DNA from: Octopus vulgaris
Lineage: Eukaryota
Direction: 5' to 3'
NCBI GenBank assembly: GCA_951406725.2
Contig: OX597815.1
Span: 43,896,001 to 43,960,000 of the forward strand
DNA: 64,000 nucleotides
Positions 14,310-25,933 of the stretch are shown here, piece by piece. Under the pieces are notes generated by a model. That model was not told the origin of the DNA and made no database searches. It saw nothing but the letters and a program-made list of their open reading frames with translations. Made by a program: the position numbers and the translations under genes. Within the stretch, counting starts at the first letter, position 1, and every line of letters starts with the position of its first letter.

Positions 14310-14960
14310 TAATGGAGAACACTGTTGGTAGTTAGGCGTGGGATTGGAGGGCAGAGGGCAATAGAAGGGGGTGTCTTGAAGTTGGCGGAGAGCTTCAGCC
14401 TTGTAGAGGTCTGCACGTCACACCACAACGGCTCCACCCCTGTTAGCTGGTTTTATGATGATGTTTTTGCGGCGTCGGAGACATCGAAGGGCTGAGAGTT
14501 CGGCCGAGGAGATGTAAAAATGTCGGGCACGCCTGTGAAAGTTAAACCAGTCCACAATACGTTGCCAGATGCTTCCAAAATGATCGACTGCTCGGAACTG
14601 GCCAGGAGCTGGCGACCAGTGAGATGGTCGGTGGCCCAGGTCAGTGAAGCAGTCCGCTTCATTGGATGCAGGTGGAGTATTGTAAAATAATGCATATAGG
14701 CTGACGCGGCGCACAAAGCAATGAATATCAGCACGGGTCTGAAATTCGTTACTAGTTGGAGTGAGGGGCATGAAGCGCAGACCCTTACTGAGAAGAGAGC
14801 GTTCCGCCACAGAGAGGGGAAGATCGGAAGGAATGATAACAACAGACAAAAGTGGAGAGGGTATGGATGAGCTAGATATTGGAAGGGTAGTAGAAGGCTG
14901 AGAGGAGAGAGAGGAGTAAGTGCGGTCGAGGGTGTGTATTTTGGAGAGATTAGAATGAAT
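14310..14960 (-). pseudogene. Penelope-like element ORF, N-terminal/DKG region upstream of RT
   Basis: LSVAERSLLSKGLRFMP...DIHCFVRRVSL...ISSAELSALRCLRRRKNIIIKPANRGGAVVV*RADLYKAEALRQL matches the PLE L.KGL.F.P and I.PADKGG.VV motifs. Confidence 0.85.
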
Positions 14961-15104
14961 GGTGGCACGCATAAGGCGGCAGGAATTAGTACGGAGTATA
15001 GGTAGGATGGCAAAAGCAGAGTGGAAAGTGGGGTGCACCCATACGCATACAAATATGTATTTATACGTATGTATGTGTATTTTATCATTTATAGAATCGA
15101 TAAA

Positions 15105-15240
15105 GAACATGTTTATCGACCCCGAAAGGATGAAAAGCAAAGTCGACCTCGGCGGAATTTGAAGTCACAACATAGCGACGGGCGAAATACGGCTAAGCAT
15201 TTCGCCCGGCGTGCTAACGTTTCTGCCAGCTCGCCGCCTT
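15105..15240 (-). mobile_element. SINE family B, 5' part
   Basis: tttatcgaccccgaaaggatgaaaagcaaagtcgacctcggcggaatttgaa...ctgccagctcgccgcc. Confidence 0.85.
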
Positions 15241-15354
15241 GGATAGATATTATAATGATATCTAAACACAAGGACAAGTAGATATATTTTGAACTACATG
15301 CAAACGTTCACGTACTAGGTCGCCAGCAATACGATATGATTTCAAGTACACATG

Positions 15355-15581
15355 ATGCAGCCGTAGCTGTATGGTAGGAAGTTTGTTTACCACCCACATG
15401 GACTCGATTCCGGTCTCACTGCGTGACACCTTGAGCAAGTGTCTTCCTGCCTGACGCAAACCCCGGCCCGACCATAGCGCTGGCCTAACCAAAACCTTGT
15501 AAGTAGATTTGGTAAACGGAAAAAGTAACTAAATTCCGTCGTACGTACATACATACATACATACATACATACATACATACA

Positions 15582-15615
<34 letters not shown>

Positions 15616-15835
15616 CATACATACATACATATAAACAAACCACCACTACTTGACAACAGTATTGGGTTGCTACGCTCCCATAACTTGGTGATTCGTAAAC
15701 AGAGACTGATGGAATAAGAACCAAAGTTAGAAAAGCAAAAAGTAAGTACCGGGCTCGATTTATTCGACCAAACCCTTCAAGGCCCAAACCCTAGCATGGC
15801 CGCAGTCTAATGACTGAAAGAAAAAGAAGATAAAA
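15355..15835 (+). mobile_element. SINE family A with internal (CATA)n
   Basis: Colinear with 10296-10716. Confidence 0.8.
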
Positions 15836-15964
15836 GATGACGCCGTCTATTACACTGTGTAACACGATTTTTGTCTTTGAATAGCGACTGTTATTTCTTA
15901 TTTGCTTACCCCTAGAACGTATGAATGACTAATAATATTTCCTTCAAATCTTGCTTTTGTTACA

Positions 15965-16123
15965 TTTATTCAAACTTCAGAGAATCCCTCTTTACATATG
16001 GCTATGATTCTTTCCGCTACTCTTGCTCATGATCAGAGATGCATATATTTTCAGCCACTAAGGGACATGCTGACACGCAAATCTGTGGTAATGAGCAGAA
16101 TATTTGCTATAACGATATTTCTG
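15965..16123 (-). mobile_element. Diverged fragment of the 560-bp (TAA)n-associated non-coding element
   Basis: agaatccctc..atggctatgat..gatcagagatgca..cagccactaagggacatgc..aatctgtggta.tgagcagaatatttgct matches 44110-44280. Confidence 0.75.
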
Positions 16124-16669
16124 CTTCAGCAACTCAGCCCTGAAATGAATGGAAAATTGGTCAGTTTCAAAATATTTATGTCCCGGTTAGAAAAACTAAG
16201 TTTAAAGTTTATAGTAGTCATTTCTTTTGATTTCTAGACGGAAGCAAATAGGAAATAAAACTAAATGACCAAAGCAAAAAATTGTTACATAGAGTTATAA
16301 TTCCTCTATTATATTTATGTTGTTGTTTTTGTTGTTGTTTAACCCCAGGTCATCTCTAGTCGATCAGATTTATGATCACTAACACTACAATCGTCAATAT
16401 CTTTTGTGAGGATGGGGTGTGTGTTCATCAAGGATTATTTATATCTGTCCGATATAATCTATTTTTAAAAGGGTAAGTTTATGCTTTGAGGAAGATTTTA
16501 CTGCTTTTTCTAATAGATCCAGTAGCCATGTGCAAGCTCCCTTTGTGTTTGTATACTTACATCTTTTCATATAAATGTATTCTTCCCCTCATCTTTATAA
16601 TCTTTTATCTCTTTCTGCAACTATTTTGCATTTAACATCAAATAAATTCTACTTACCTCCATCTTTTAT

Positions 16670-17069
16670 TTATTCTTTGTTTCAGTCACTGGACTGCAGA
16701 CATGCTGTGGTTGCACCTTGAAGCTTATTTTTCAAAAGTCCAAAATTTTTTCTATCGTTCTATTTTTGATGATCCGCTATGTAACCAGGCAACACGACTT
16801 TCTAAAGACTCGATTTGACATCAAGCAGTGACACTAATTAACTAAACGCTTTTTATTTTGTAATGAATGATTCAATTAAACACAAAAGTAGCCCTCTATG
16901 TGGTCTCTCGACTTGCTAGAAATAGCAGCACACCTTAACAAACCAACACCGATTGTCAAACGGAGATGGGAGACAATCGCAAACGCTAACACAAAGAAAC
17001 CCCCCCACACACACACACACACATATCTGTGTGAGTGGATTTGGAAGACAGAAACTGAAAGAAGCCCGT

Positions 17070-17114
<45 letters not shown>

Positions 17115-17280
17115 ATAACGGGCTTCTTTTAGTTTCCGTCTTCCAAATCCACTCACAAGGCTTTTGCCGGCCAGGTGCTATCATAGAAGATACTTGCCGA
17201 AGGTGCCGCGCAGTGGGACTGAATCCAAAACCACATGGTCGGGAAGCTATCTTCTTAACCACACAACCACGCCTGCGCCT
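16670..17280 (-). mobile_element. SINE family A carrying a 158-bp local insertion and an internal inverted duplication
   Basis: Reverse-complement match to family A on both sides of 16781-16938. Confidence 0.75.
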
Positions 17281-17569
17281 ATATTCTTTCACTTTTCATT
17301 CTTTCGTACATACATGTCTTCTTTCTTTCTGTTTTCTTTATTTCCTTCGTCCTTCTTTTCTTACTTCTTTCCTTCAGTCCTTTCTTTCTTTCTTCCTTTT
17401 CCGTTCTTTCTGTAGCGATCCTAAAATGCACATATTTCTTCCATCTTCATTCCACCCCCACGTCCCTTCGCCTCCCCACCCCTAGTTCTTCCTATTCTTC
17501 AAAACTTTCTTCCTCTCCACCTGTCTTTCTCTTTCCAAAAACAACATTATTTTTGTTTACTTTATTTAC

Positions 17570-17643
<74 letters not shown>

Positions 17644-17834
17644 TGCTTTACTTCTAATTCTTTTCATGAAATGTTTTCTTTATATTACTTTTTTTATTAT
17701 ATTTTTATGCTTTTGCAAAACATGAATATATTTTGCTAACCAGATCTCCATGTTTGAATTTATTTATATATTTATATTAGTTTTAATTACTTATTTATTT
17801 TCTTCGTTATGACATGTTCTTCCCATTACACACA

Positions 17835-17886
<52 letters not shown>

Positions 17887-18282
17887 CTTTTTCCTCTATC
17901 TACCACCATTTCAAGGATATCTTAGGTCGTTCGCTTTTGTCCTACTTTCCCCACGCTTAAATGTTTAATGTGCAAATAAAGTTAGCCAGCAACACTATTA
18001 TGAATGCACCAAGCACCAATGCAGTGCAGTTTGTTTTGTAATTTTGATGCAGCAAGCTAAATTACGTCATTAAATTACTTTGATGCAGATTTCTCGATAA
18101 AAACCAAATCTTCTGCAGGTTAAAGTAACCAGGCAACACGACTTTCTAAAGACTCGATTTGACATCAAGCAGTGACACTAATTAACTAAACGCTTTTTAT
18201 TTTGTAAAGAATGATTCAATTAAACACAAAAGTAGCCCTCTATGTGGTCTCTCGACTTGCTAGAAATAGTAGCACATCTTAA
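16781..18282 (+). repeat. 158-bp dispersed direct repeat (16781-16938 and 18125-18282)
   Basis: Aligned by eye, 3 mismatches. Confidence 0.9.
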
Positions 18283-18611
18283 ACTAATGTCATTAATCAT
18301 GATATACTGCATAACGTACACCAGAGTACACTACAGGTAAAGCATGCGATTGATCATAGATATACTCGAACGGAGCAATGCTGGAGGTTAGTGCAACAAC
18401 AGCAACAGCCGTTCAAGGATTTGGACCTGGAGATATCCATTTCTAGCGACTTCGAGGGCCACCTCCCAGTGGTGTCGGGCGTCAACGAAGAGCCTTCGAC
18501 TACAAGACGACCAAAGTTTTTTTTCCAAGGTCTGGGATCTCCCGCCCCTAGGCCCTAGACCATCACCTAATCACCCTTACCCGTCTTGTTGCTTAATAAC
18601 AACAGCAAAAG

Positions 18612-18750
18612 ATTCCCAGACCGGGCATTGTGAGTGTTTATTGAGCAAAAACATCTAAGTTCCACGTGGCTCCAGTAGGGGTGAGGGTTAACCCCGCTGT
18701 ACTTTTTCACCACAACTTTCTCCCACTCTTTCTTCCTACTTCTGCCACAA
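18612..18750 (+). mobile_element. Diverged SINE family D fragment
   Basis: gattcccagaccgggcattgtgagtgtttattgagcaaaaacatctaag matches 53704-53755. Confidence 0.7.
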
Positions 18751-19029
18751 AGCAGAGGAACCATGGTGTAACCCACTATGGTGTGGTAAACTTTCAGACC
18801 CTGGCCTAGATTGTAAATCCTCTGTACCCCAGGATGGTTCAGCTCTTCACCCGTTAAAAGCCACCGTTTACGGAATGAGGATAACAACGTAGCTTTCGCG
18901 CCCGTGCAAGCGCCAGTCTATCGAGTGTGGTGGGTGGATCTTCAAGTTGTCACACGTATTCTTAGTAGCTTAGAGTAGGCTCGAATTAGAGATTATTCTT
19001 TGTGGCTAATGGCGTGAGTCCTGATTGAA

Positions 19030-19037
19030 AGAAGAAG

Positions 19038-19068
<31 letters not shown>

Positions 19069-19130
19069 GGAAGAAGAAGAAGAAGAAGAAGAAGAAGGAG
19101 AAGAAGAACGAGGAGGAGAGGTAGAAGAAG
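19030..19130. repeat. (GAA)n
   Basis: Directly visible. Confidence 0.95.
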
Positions 19131-19488
19131 CAACACGGTTACAAAAATTAAATAATTTTTATTAAAAAATGGAAATAATAAATTTAACAAACGCAAACAA
19201 ATAACAAAATAACTCACACATGATTATGTTTCTACACACACACACACATACACATGCATATACGTGCATATTCTCAAGTACGCACACATATACGCATGAC
19301 CTATTTTGTTATTTGTTCACATCTTGTAAAAGACTAAAATTTAGTTTTAAATGCTGATTTCACACGCACACACACACACATACACACACATACCAATATT
19401 TACATATTTATTATGTTTAAATATATGTTTATGTATATATATATATGTTTATTTTCATACTTATGTTTACATATATATATATACATAC

Positions 19489-19582
<94 letters not shown>

Positions 19583-19584
<2 letters not shown>

Positions 19585-19841
19585 GCAACGTCATTTACTG
19601 CATTTCCTTATCTTTCAGCCCTTCTCTGTACATCGGTCAAACGGGACGCCGCTTGGCTGACAGGTTCGCGGAGAACCTCTTAGACATTAGACTCGTCAAT
19701 AGCAACTCGGCCACGCATCATTTCCACTCTACCGGTCATTCACTACAACACCTGTCTGTGTTCGGATTGCACAGGGGCCGGCCTTCCGGACTCCCACCTT
19801 CGCTATGAACAGAAATTAATCTTCTCTCTTCGCTCTTTGCA
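19583..19841 (+). pseudogene. Penelope-like GIY-YIG endonuclease remnant
   Basis: [31 protein letters not shown]...HHFHSTGHSLQHLSVFGL, then a frameshifted EQKLIFSL: GIY/YIG, catalytic R, His pair and Glu. Confidence 0.85.
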
Positions 19842-20322
19842 GGCTTCCAAGCGTCGCTGTTTCTGATTTTCATTGAGTTCAGGTGAAACCCACTTATCCA
19901 AAATGTTCACATTACCGATTTGAACTAGGAGAGTCAATATTGTTTGCTTGCTAACACCAAACAACAACGATAATACACGGGCAATTTGAGATGGATCTGA
20001 CTCCACGGTGGCTTTCAGTTCCTCATTATCCACCTTTGTTTAGAATGAAATACTCTATTAATATTCCGAGTTGTCTGTGATGCTGTATTTCGAAGAAAGA
20101 ACTCATATTTCAAAACTGTACGAATATCCGACTTATCCATCTCTAAACAAAAATAGCAAAAATCGATTTATAACTACTTTACAAAGCGCAGAATGAGTTA
20201 GAATAAAGAAATAGATGTGTCAGTTTTCTAACAAAAATCAAAATATAGTAATGGCGCAAAATGAGCAGCTGTCAAAGTTTCCTATAAACATTACTACAAA
20301 TTTCATACCTGACGACCTAATA
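19842..20322 (-). mobile_element. Internally deleted mariner (left TIR plus transposase HTH/WVPHEL region)
   Basis: DNEELKATVESDPSQ...DKWVSPELNENQKQRRLEAC; TIR-like ttaggtcgtcaggtatgaaat at about 20300-20320. Confidence 0.75.
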
Positions 20323-20335
20323 TATATATATATAG

Positions 20336-20745
20336 GCGCAAGAGTGGCTGAGTGGTTAGAAACTTGCTTCCCAACCATATGGTTCTGGATTCAGTTCCAC
20401 TGCGTGACACCTTGCGCAAGTATCTTCTACTATAGCCTCGGACAGACCAAAGCCTTGTGAGTGGATTTGGTAAACGGAAACTGAAAGGAGGCCATCATAT
20501 ACATATATGAGTGTGTGTGTTTATGTGCATGTATGTGTGTGTCTTTGTGTCTGTATTTGTCCCCTCCCTACCATCGCTTGACAACCGATGTAGGTGCGCA
20601 TACGTCTCCGTAAATTAGCAGTTCTGCAAAAGAGACTGATGGAATAAGCACTAGACTGATAGAATAATTACTATGGTCGATTTCTTCGGCTACATCCTTC
20701 AAAAGCTGTGCTCCAGCATGACTATAGTTCAATAACTGAAATAAA
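20336..20745 (+). mobile_element. SINE family A
   Basis: Colinear with 10296-10716, starting ggcgcaagagtggctg. Confidence 0.85.
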
Positions 20746-21323
20746 TGCTAAATGCTAAAGCTATTAGGAGAGATTCAGGCGCCTCGGCATGCTATTTCTC
20801 TGGTTTTATACTTCTACAGCTTGTTTGTTACAACAGTAAGCTTAGGGTTATCTCCTAGTAATCTTTAAGGCGGAAAGAAGATTCTTTTGATGAATACTAG
20901 CTAACATTTAACTATATACAACCCGAGATTATTCCTAATGTTCAGAAAACATGTGCAATAGATGCACCAAACTGCAATATAGTAAATGTCAGCATTCGTT
21001 GAATAACAAACAAGCTGCACAGAGCCAAAAAATGTGTAGAGATTTCATCAAATGTGCATTTCCTTGTAAAAAGATAAATTAGATAACGTTCGCAAATGTC
21101 TTTCTCGATACATCTGTGTGTATGCGTGCGTGTGCAAGCCCGTGTATGTGTATGTGTGAGCGTGTGCGTGCGCGCGTTTGTGTGTGTGTGTGTGCGGTGT
21201 GTCTGTGTGTGTGTCTGAATGTATGTACGTATATTGTATATGTATATATACATATATACATGCATACATATACACCTACATAAATATATAGATGCATACA
21301 GGCATGCGTATAAACAAGCAAAG

Positions 21324-21511
21324 CAGAGGAAATTGACACAGAACTATCATAAATTCTACGAAATGTGCAGATAATACATTAATGTTAAAAACGGTCACAT
21401 GCTTATAATATATTGTATATATATATATATATATATGTGCGTGTTTGTGTGTGTGTGTGTGCGTATGTGTGTATGTATATATGTGTGTGTATGTATATAT
21501 GTGTGTGTATG

Positions 21512-21558
<47 letters not shown>

Positions 21559-21573
21559 ATATCATTAACCCCT

Positions 21574-21647
<74 letters not shown>

Positions 21648-21783
21648 TCATACATACATACATGCATACATATACGACTTAGATAAGCACATAGATACGC
21701 AAGACAGAGGAAGTTGACACAGAACTGTTGTAAATTCTACAAAATGTGCAGATAATATACTAATGTTAAAACTGGTCACATGC
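21324..21783 (+). repeat. Diverged ~80-bp direct duplication (21324-21402 and 21705-21783) separated by microsatellites
   Basis: cagaggaa.ttgacacagaact...taaattctac.aaatgtgcagataata..taatgttaaaa..ggtcacatgc occurs in both. Confidence 0.8.
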
Positions 21784-22016
21784 AATTGATATATTTTTGT
21801 TATATATATATATATATATATATATATTGAGAGAGAGAGAAGGGAGAGAGAGAGAGATGATAGATAGATTGACAGATACAGATATATAGATATATATATA
21901 TATATGTATGTATATATATATATATGTGCATGTGTGTGTATACATACATGTATATATTTATATTTATATGCATACATGCATACATACATACATACATACA
22001 TACATACATACATACA

Positions 22017-22050
<34 letters not shown>

Positions 22051-22738
22051 CATAAATACATACATACATACATGCATACACACACACACACGTACACATT
22101 ACCCACAGCGAGATTAATGATTAAATCTTCTGCACCAGTTTTGCAGTGTTCATTATTGCATCAAGCTTCACAATTGCAGTCTATTGTGCAGCCTATTTCT
22201 TGCACCCTTGTCTACTGCTGCTGCAACACTTAGCAACTTCCAGCCCCATACGATATCCATCACTTTATTCTTATGCATATTACTGCTGTCATTTTCATTT
22301 TCCTTTTATTAACATTTCCACTATTTTGACGCACTTTCGAAGAAACTGCATCAGTTCCGTATACGTTGTTTGCTCTGCTTTGATTGACCTAGCAGTTGTA
22401 GTTGAGATTTTTTTTTTTTAATGTGTTGTTGCTTCTACTGAAGTTTTGGTAGTTATTACCTCAACTCCCACCACTACCACCACCACTTCTGTCACAATCA
22501 TCATCATCATCATCGTCGTCGTCGTCGTCGTCGTCATTGTTGGTTTTATTGTCAGTTCTGTGACTTCCTGTTGCAATGGATTTTTGATGTCATTGTTTAA
22601 ATCGTGACGCAAGCAATAATGACGCAAGTGTTTAACAATCACTGAAATACAATGAAAAACTTCGAAACATTGCCAGTGTGACATTTGTAGTAACGCACAC
22701 TCGAACATGCGCGCACGTGTGTGAATTGTATGTTGAAG

Positions 22739-22836
<98 letters not shown>

Positions 22837-22848
22837 TATATATATACA

Positions 22849-22962
22849 TACTTTATTTAAAAGCAGCAGAAATTCAACAAAACCTGTTACTCTGAGTTTC
22901 ACGTTCCCGTTCGTCGGACAGTTTTTCCACCTTGTTTCACATTTATGTGTTTACTCCGGTTT
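22849..22962. mobile_element. PLE-type pseudo-LTR fragment with inverted 5' part (same family as 41683-41885)
   Basis: 22849-22912 matches the left arm at 41686-41749; 22922-22960 matches the sense tail at 41846-41884. Confidence 0.7.
22884..22921 (-). ncRNA. Minimal type I hammerhead ribozyme motif (core CCGACGA)
   Basis: Minus strand reads CTGT-CCGACGA-ACG-ggaa-CGT-GAAAC-TC-a-GA-GTA-ACAG: stem I CTGT/ACAG, GNRA-capped stem II, near-palindromic stem III and a GUA site. Confidence 0.75.
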
Positions 22963-22990
22963 ATATTTATATATATATATGAATATGTAT

Positions 22991-23087
22991 AGGCGCAGGC
23001 GTAGCTGTATAGTAAGAACCTTGCTTCCCAACCACATGATTCCGGGTTCAGTCCGACTGCATGGTACTTTGGGCAAGTGTCTTCCAC
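22991..23087 (+). mobile_element. SINE family A, 5' fragment
   Basis: Head nearly identical to 24160-24253. Confidence 0.8.
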
Positions 23088-23101
23088 CACACACACACAC
23101 G

Positions 23102-23177
<76 letters not shown>

Positions 23178-23180
<3 letters not shown>

Positions 23181-23543
23181 GCATTATGACACGGCGTTGC
23201 CGGTTCATAGTGCTAGTGCATGCATATACAGCTGCGTGCGTGCGCACATACATGCGAGTACTGTCCAAATCTCCGACCAATCACATACAACTAGCTGGCA
23301 TTCAATTGGCGTATCAAGTTTCGGGCATTTTGATTGGGTTTTGGATAGAAAGTTCACAAAAAAGTAACGTCTATTGATTTTTTAATGGCTTTGCGGGATG
23401 ACTGGGGAAAATGTAAAGGATGTGCACGACCACACTTGGACGGTTTTGAATGACCATAGAAAGTGCGAGCCCTCTAACTGAAAAATTGTGAATTTGTATA
23501 GAGGACACATACACAGATATTTTGCCATTTATATAGAGAGAGA
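23178..23543 (-). mobile_element. Non-autonomous Helitron
   Basis: Minus strand A|TCtctctatataaa 5' end, hairpin CGGC-aac-GCCG, CTAG|T 3' end. Confidence 0.8.
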
Positions 23544-23767
23544 TTATGAGTTAGAGTTTATGCAACCGTCTAAGGGATAAATGTATCCGTATGCATTACT
23601 GGTATATTACCTCACAATTTATAGGCCTTGTATAAAGTTAACAGGAGTTGCTAATTTAAATGGCAAACCGTTGATTAATATATTCAGGGAAGAAAAGAAA
23701 TGGAGCAACAATTAACAATTAGAAGTTGATCATCAGTATTAAACTATGAACTTTTATATATATATAT

Positions 23768-24096
23768 AACAATTGCAGCGGGGAAGGTGTTTGTAAGCCA
23801 TTTAAGAAACACACAAAAGCCGTTCGATTCACTTCAACATTTAAGTTTAATTTGTCAAAATATTTTCGTCGCTTTAAGACCGCGACCTGTTCACCGCAGC
23901 ACGGATTTTTGTCAGTGAACAGGTCACGGTCTTAAAGCGACGAAAATATTTTGACAAATTAAACTTAAATGTTGAAGTGAATCGAACGGCTTTTGTGTGT
24001 TTCTTAAATGGCTTACAAACACCTTCCCGCTGCAATTGTTTTCGTTCCAGCACACGATCTCAGATCAAATCACTTGTTATGCAAGTACATCTCCGT

Positions 24097-24100
<4 letters not shown>
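23768..24100 (+). mobile_element. Element with ~126-bp near-perfect inverted repeat (23768-23894 / 23915-24040); probable PLE pseudo-LTR
   Basis: Arms are reverse complements with about 2 differences and a 20-nt spacer; flanked by (TA)n on both sides. Confidence 0.7.
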
Positions 24101-24159
<59 letters not shown>

Positions 24160-24160
<1 letters not shown>

Positions 24161-24400
24161 GCAGGCATCGCTGTATAGTAAGAACCTTGCTTCCCAACCA
24201 CATGATTCCGGGTTCAGTCCGACTGTGTGGTACCTCGGGCAAGTGTCTTCCACTATAGCGTTGAACCGATCAAAGCCTTGTAAGTGGATTTCGTGAACGG
24301 AAACTGAAAATAAATTTATCTAATAGTCCTGGGGTCGATTTGTTCAACTAAAAACATTTCAAAGTGGTGAAGACTGAAAGTAGTAAAAGACTGAAGACTG
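24160..24400 (+). mobile_element. SINE family A, internally deleted
   Basis: Head and body joined to a tail remnant (ggggtcgatttgttcaactaaaa). Confidence 0.75.
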
Positions 24401-24569
24401 AAAATAGGAAAAGAATAGAAGTGAACAACTCTTCGCTTGGGAACAATCCCGAACAAACAGGTAGAAAGAGCTCTTCAAAGGATATCCAAGATATATTTAA
24501 GGCAAGGCAAACACTTTCCTCTACAGCCAACGACCTTTTATCTTCCATTTGAATAGAAATGTGAGGGCT

Positions 24570-25769
24570 GACAAAGGGTTGTTGCTCTCCAGTATATGTG
24601 TTGAAAAGTAGGTGAGTATAACGAGGTGACCCGAGTGAGTTGGCCGGCCACGGGTGAAGGTGGGGTGCTACATTGCTTTTACTATTTACACAAGTTTATG
24701 TAAATCCCCACAGTTCTTTGTGTTTGTATTGTCCTAAATGTGTACTGTGCTCAATAAGGCTACTTTTTGCAAGACATCAATCTTGCATGGGATTTTCAGT
24801 TGCCTTAAGAAGTTTTGAAGTTTCAATGGGATTTAGCCCAACTCTCCAATCACCACTAGTATCCCTTTTACCCTCTCGTATTCCCTACATTCTTGCCCTT
24901 TCCACTTTCAATTCTTGGTGATTTTTTAATCTCTTTACTCATAACATTCATATCATTTGGTATGGCTACATCAATGATCTGACAGTATTTGTCTCTCTTA
25001 TTCAATATGACAATATCCGGCCGACTGTGTTCGATTACACGATCCGCCTGAAAATCATAATCCCAGAGCATCGTTACTTTTCCATCCTCCTGCATAACTT
25101 TACTTGCTACATGCTCATACCAGTTCTCTGTAACCTCATATTTGCATTTATGGCATAAGAGCCACTGAAGATACACACACACTATCGTGGCGGTGTTTGT
25201 ATTCTTTTTACGCAAGGCTCTCACATCCACTTACCAAGTGGGTCACATTTTCCACACTCTTTCCACCAAGTCTGCATTTCTGGGTGTCAGAAGTTTTATA
25301 GATGTTATACTTCACCGAATTGGTAGCGAGAGCCTGGTCTTGTGCAGCAATGAGCAGGTTTTCGGTAGTACGCTTCAAATCACCTCGCTCAAGCCATGCC
25401 CACGAAACTGTATTATCCTTAACGTCTTGTGTATTCCTTTCAAACTATCCATGCATTCTCATTCCAAGAAGGTCTTCTTTTCTCTTCTCTTCAGCTCTTT
25501 GGTTAAACTCTTCTTTGCCCATCATTTCATCTGCATTTACACCCATATCTTTCGCGGCATATTGCAGCAGGTCTTCATCACTATTTATCAAATACTCGGC
25601 AAGCGTTCTCCTTTCACTCCTTATACAATGGTCTATACTAATTAGTCCTTTGCCACCGTTCTTTCTTTTCGTGTACAGTCTGTTTACGTTTGCTTTTGGG
25701 TGTAGCGCTCCATGCAGCGTCATCAACTTTCTCGTCCTTCTATCCGATGTTGATATTTCCTCTTTAGTC

Positions 25770-25771
<2 letters not shown>
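24570..25771 (-). pseudogene. R4/Dong-clade non-LTR retrotransposon, 3' part (post-RT, CCHC, restriction-like endonuclease)
   Basis: DRRTRKLMTLHGALHPKANVNRLY..GGKGL; AAQDQAL; WYEH..MLWD..DRVIEHSRPDIV..CQIIDVAIP (PD..D RLE motif). 5' end abuts (ATT)n. Confidence 0.9.
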
Positions 25772-25835
<64 letters not shown>

Positions 25836-25933
25836 CACCATCCTCCTCCTCCTCCTCATCATCATCATCATCAATATTATTATTATTATCATTATTATTA
25901 TTATTATTATTGTTGTTGTTGTTGTTGTTGTTG
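25772..25933. repeat. Compound (ATT)n/(CCT)/(CAT)/(GTT)n
   Basis: Directly visible. Confidence 0.95.
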
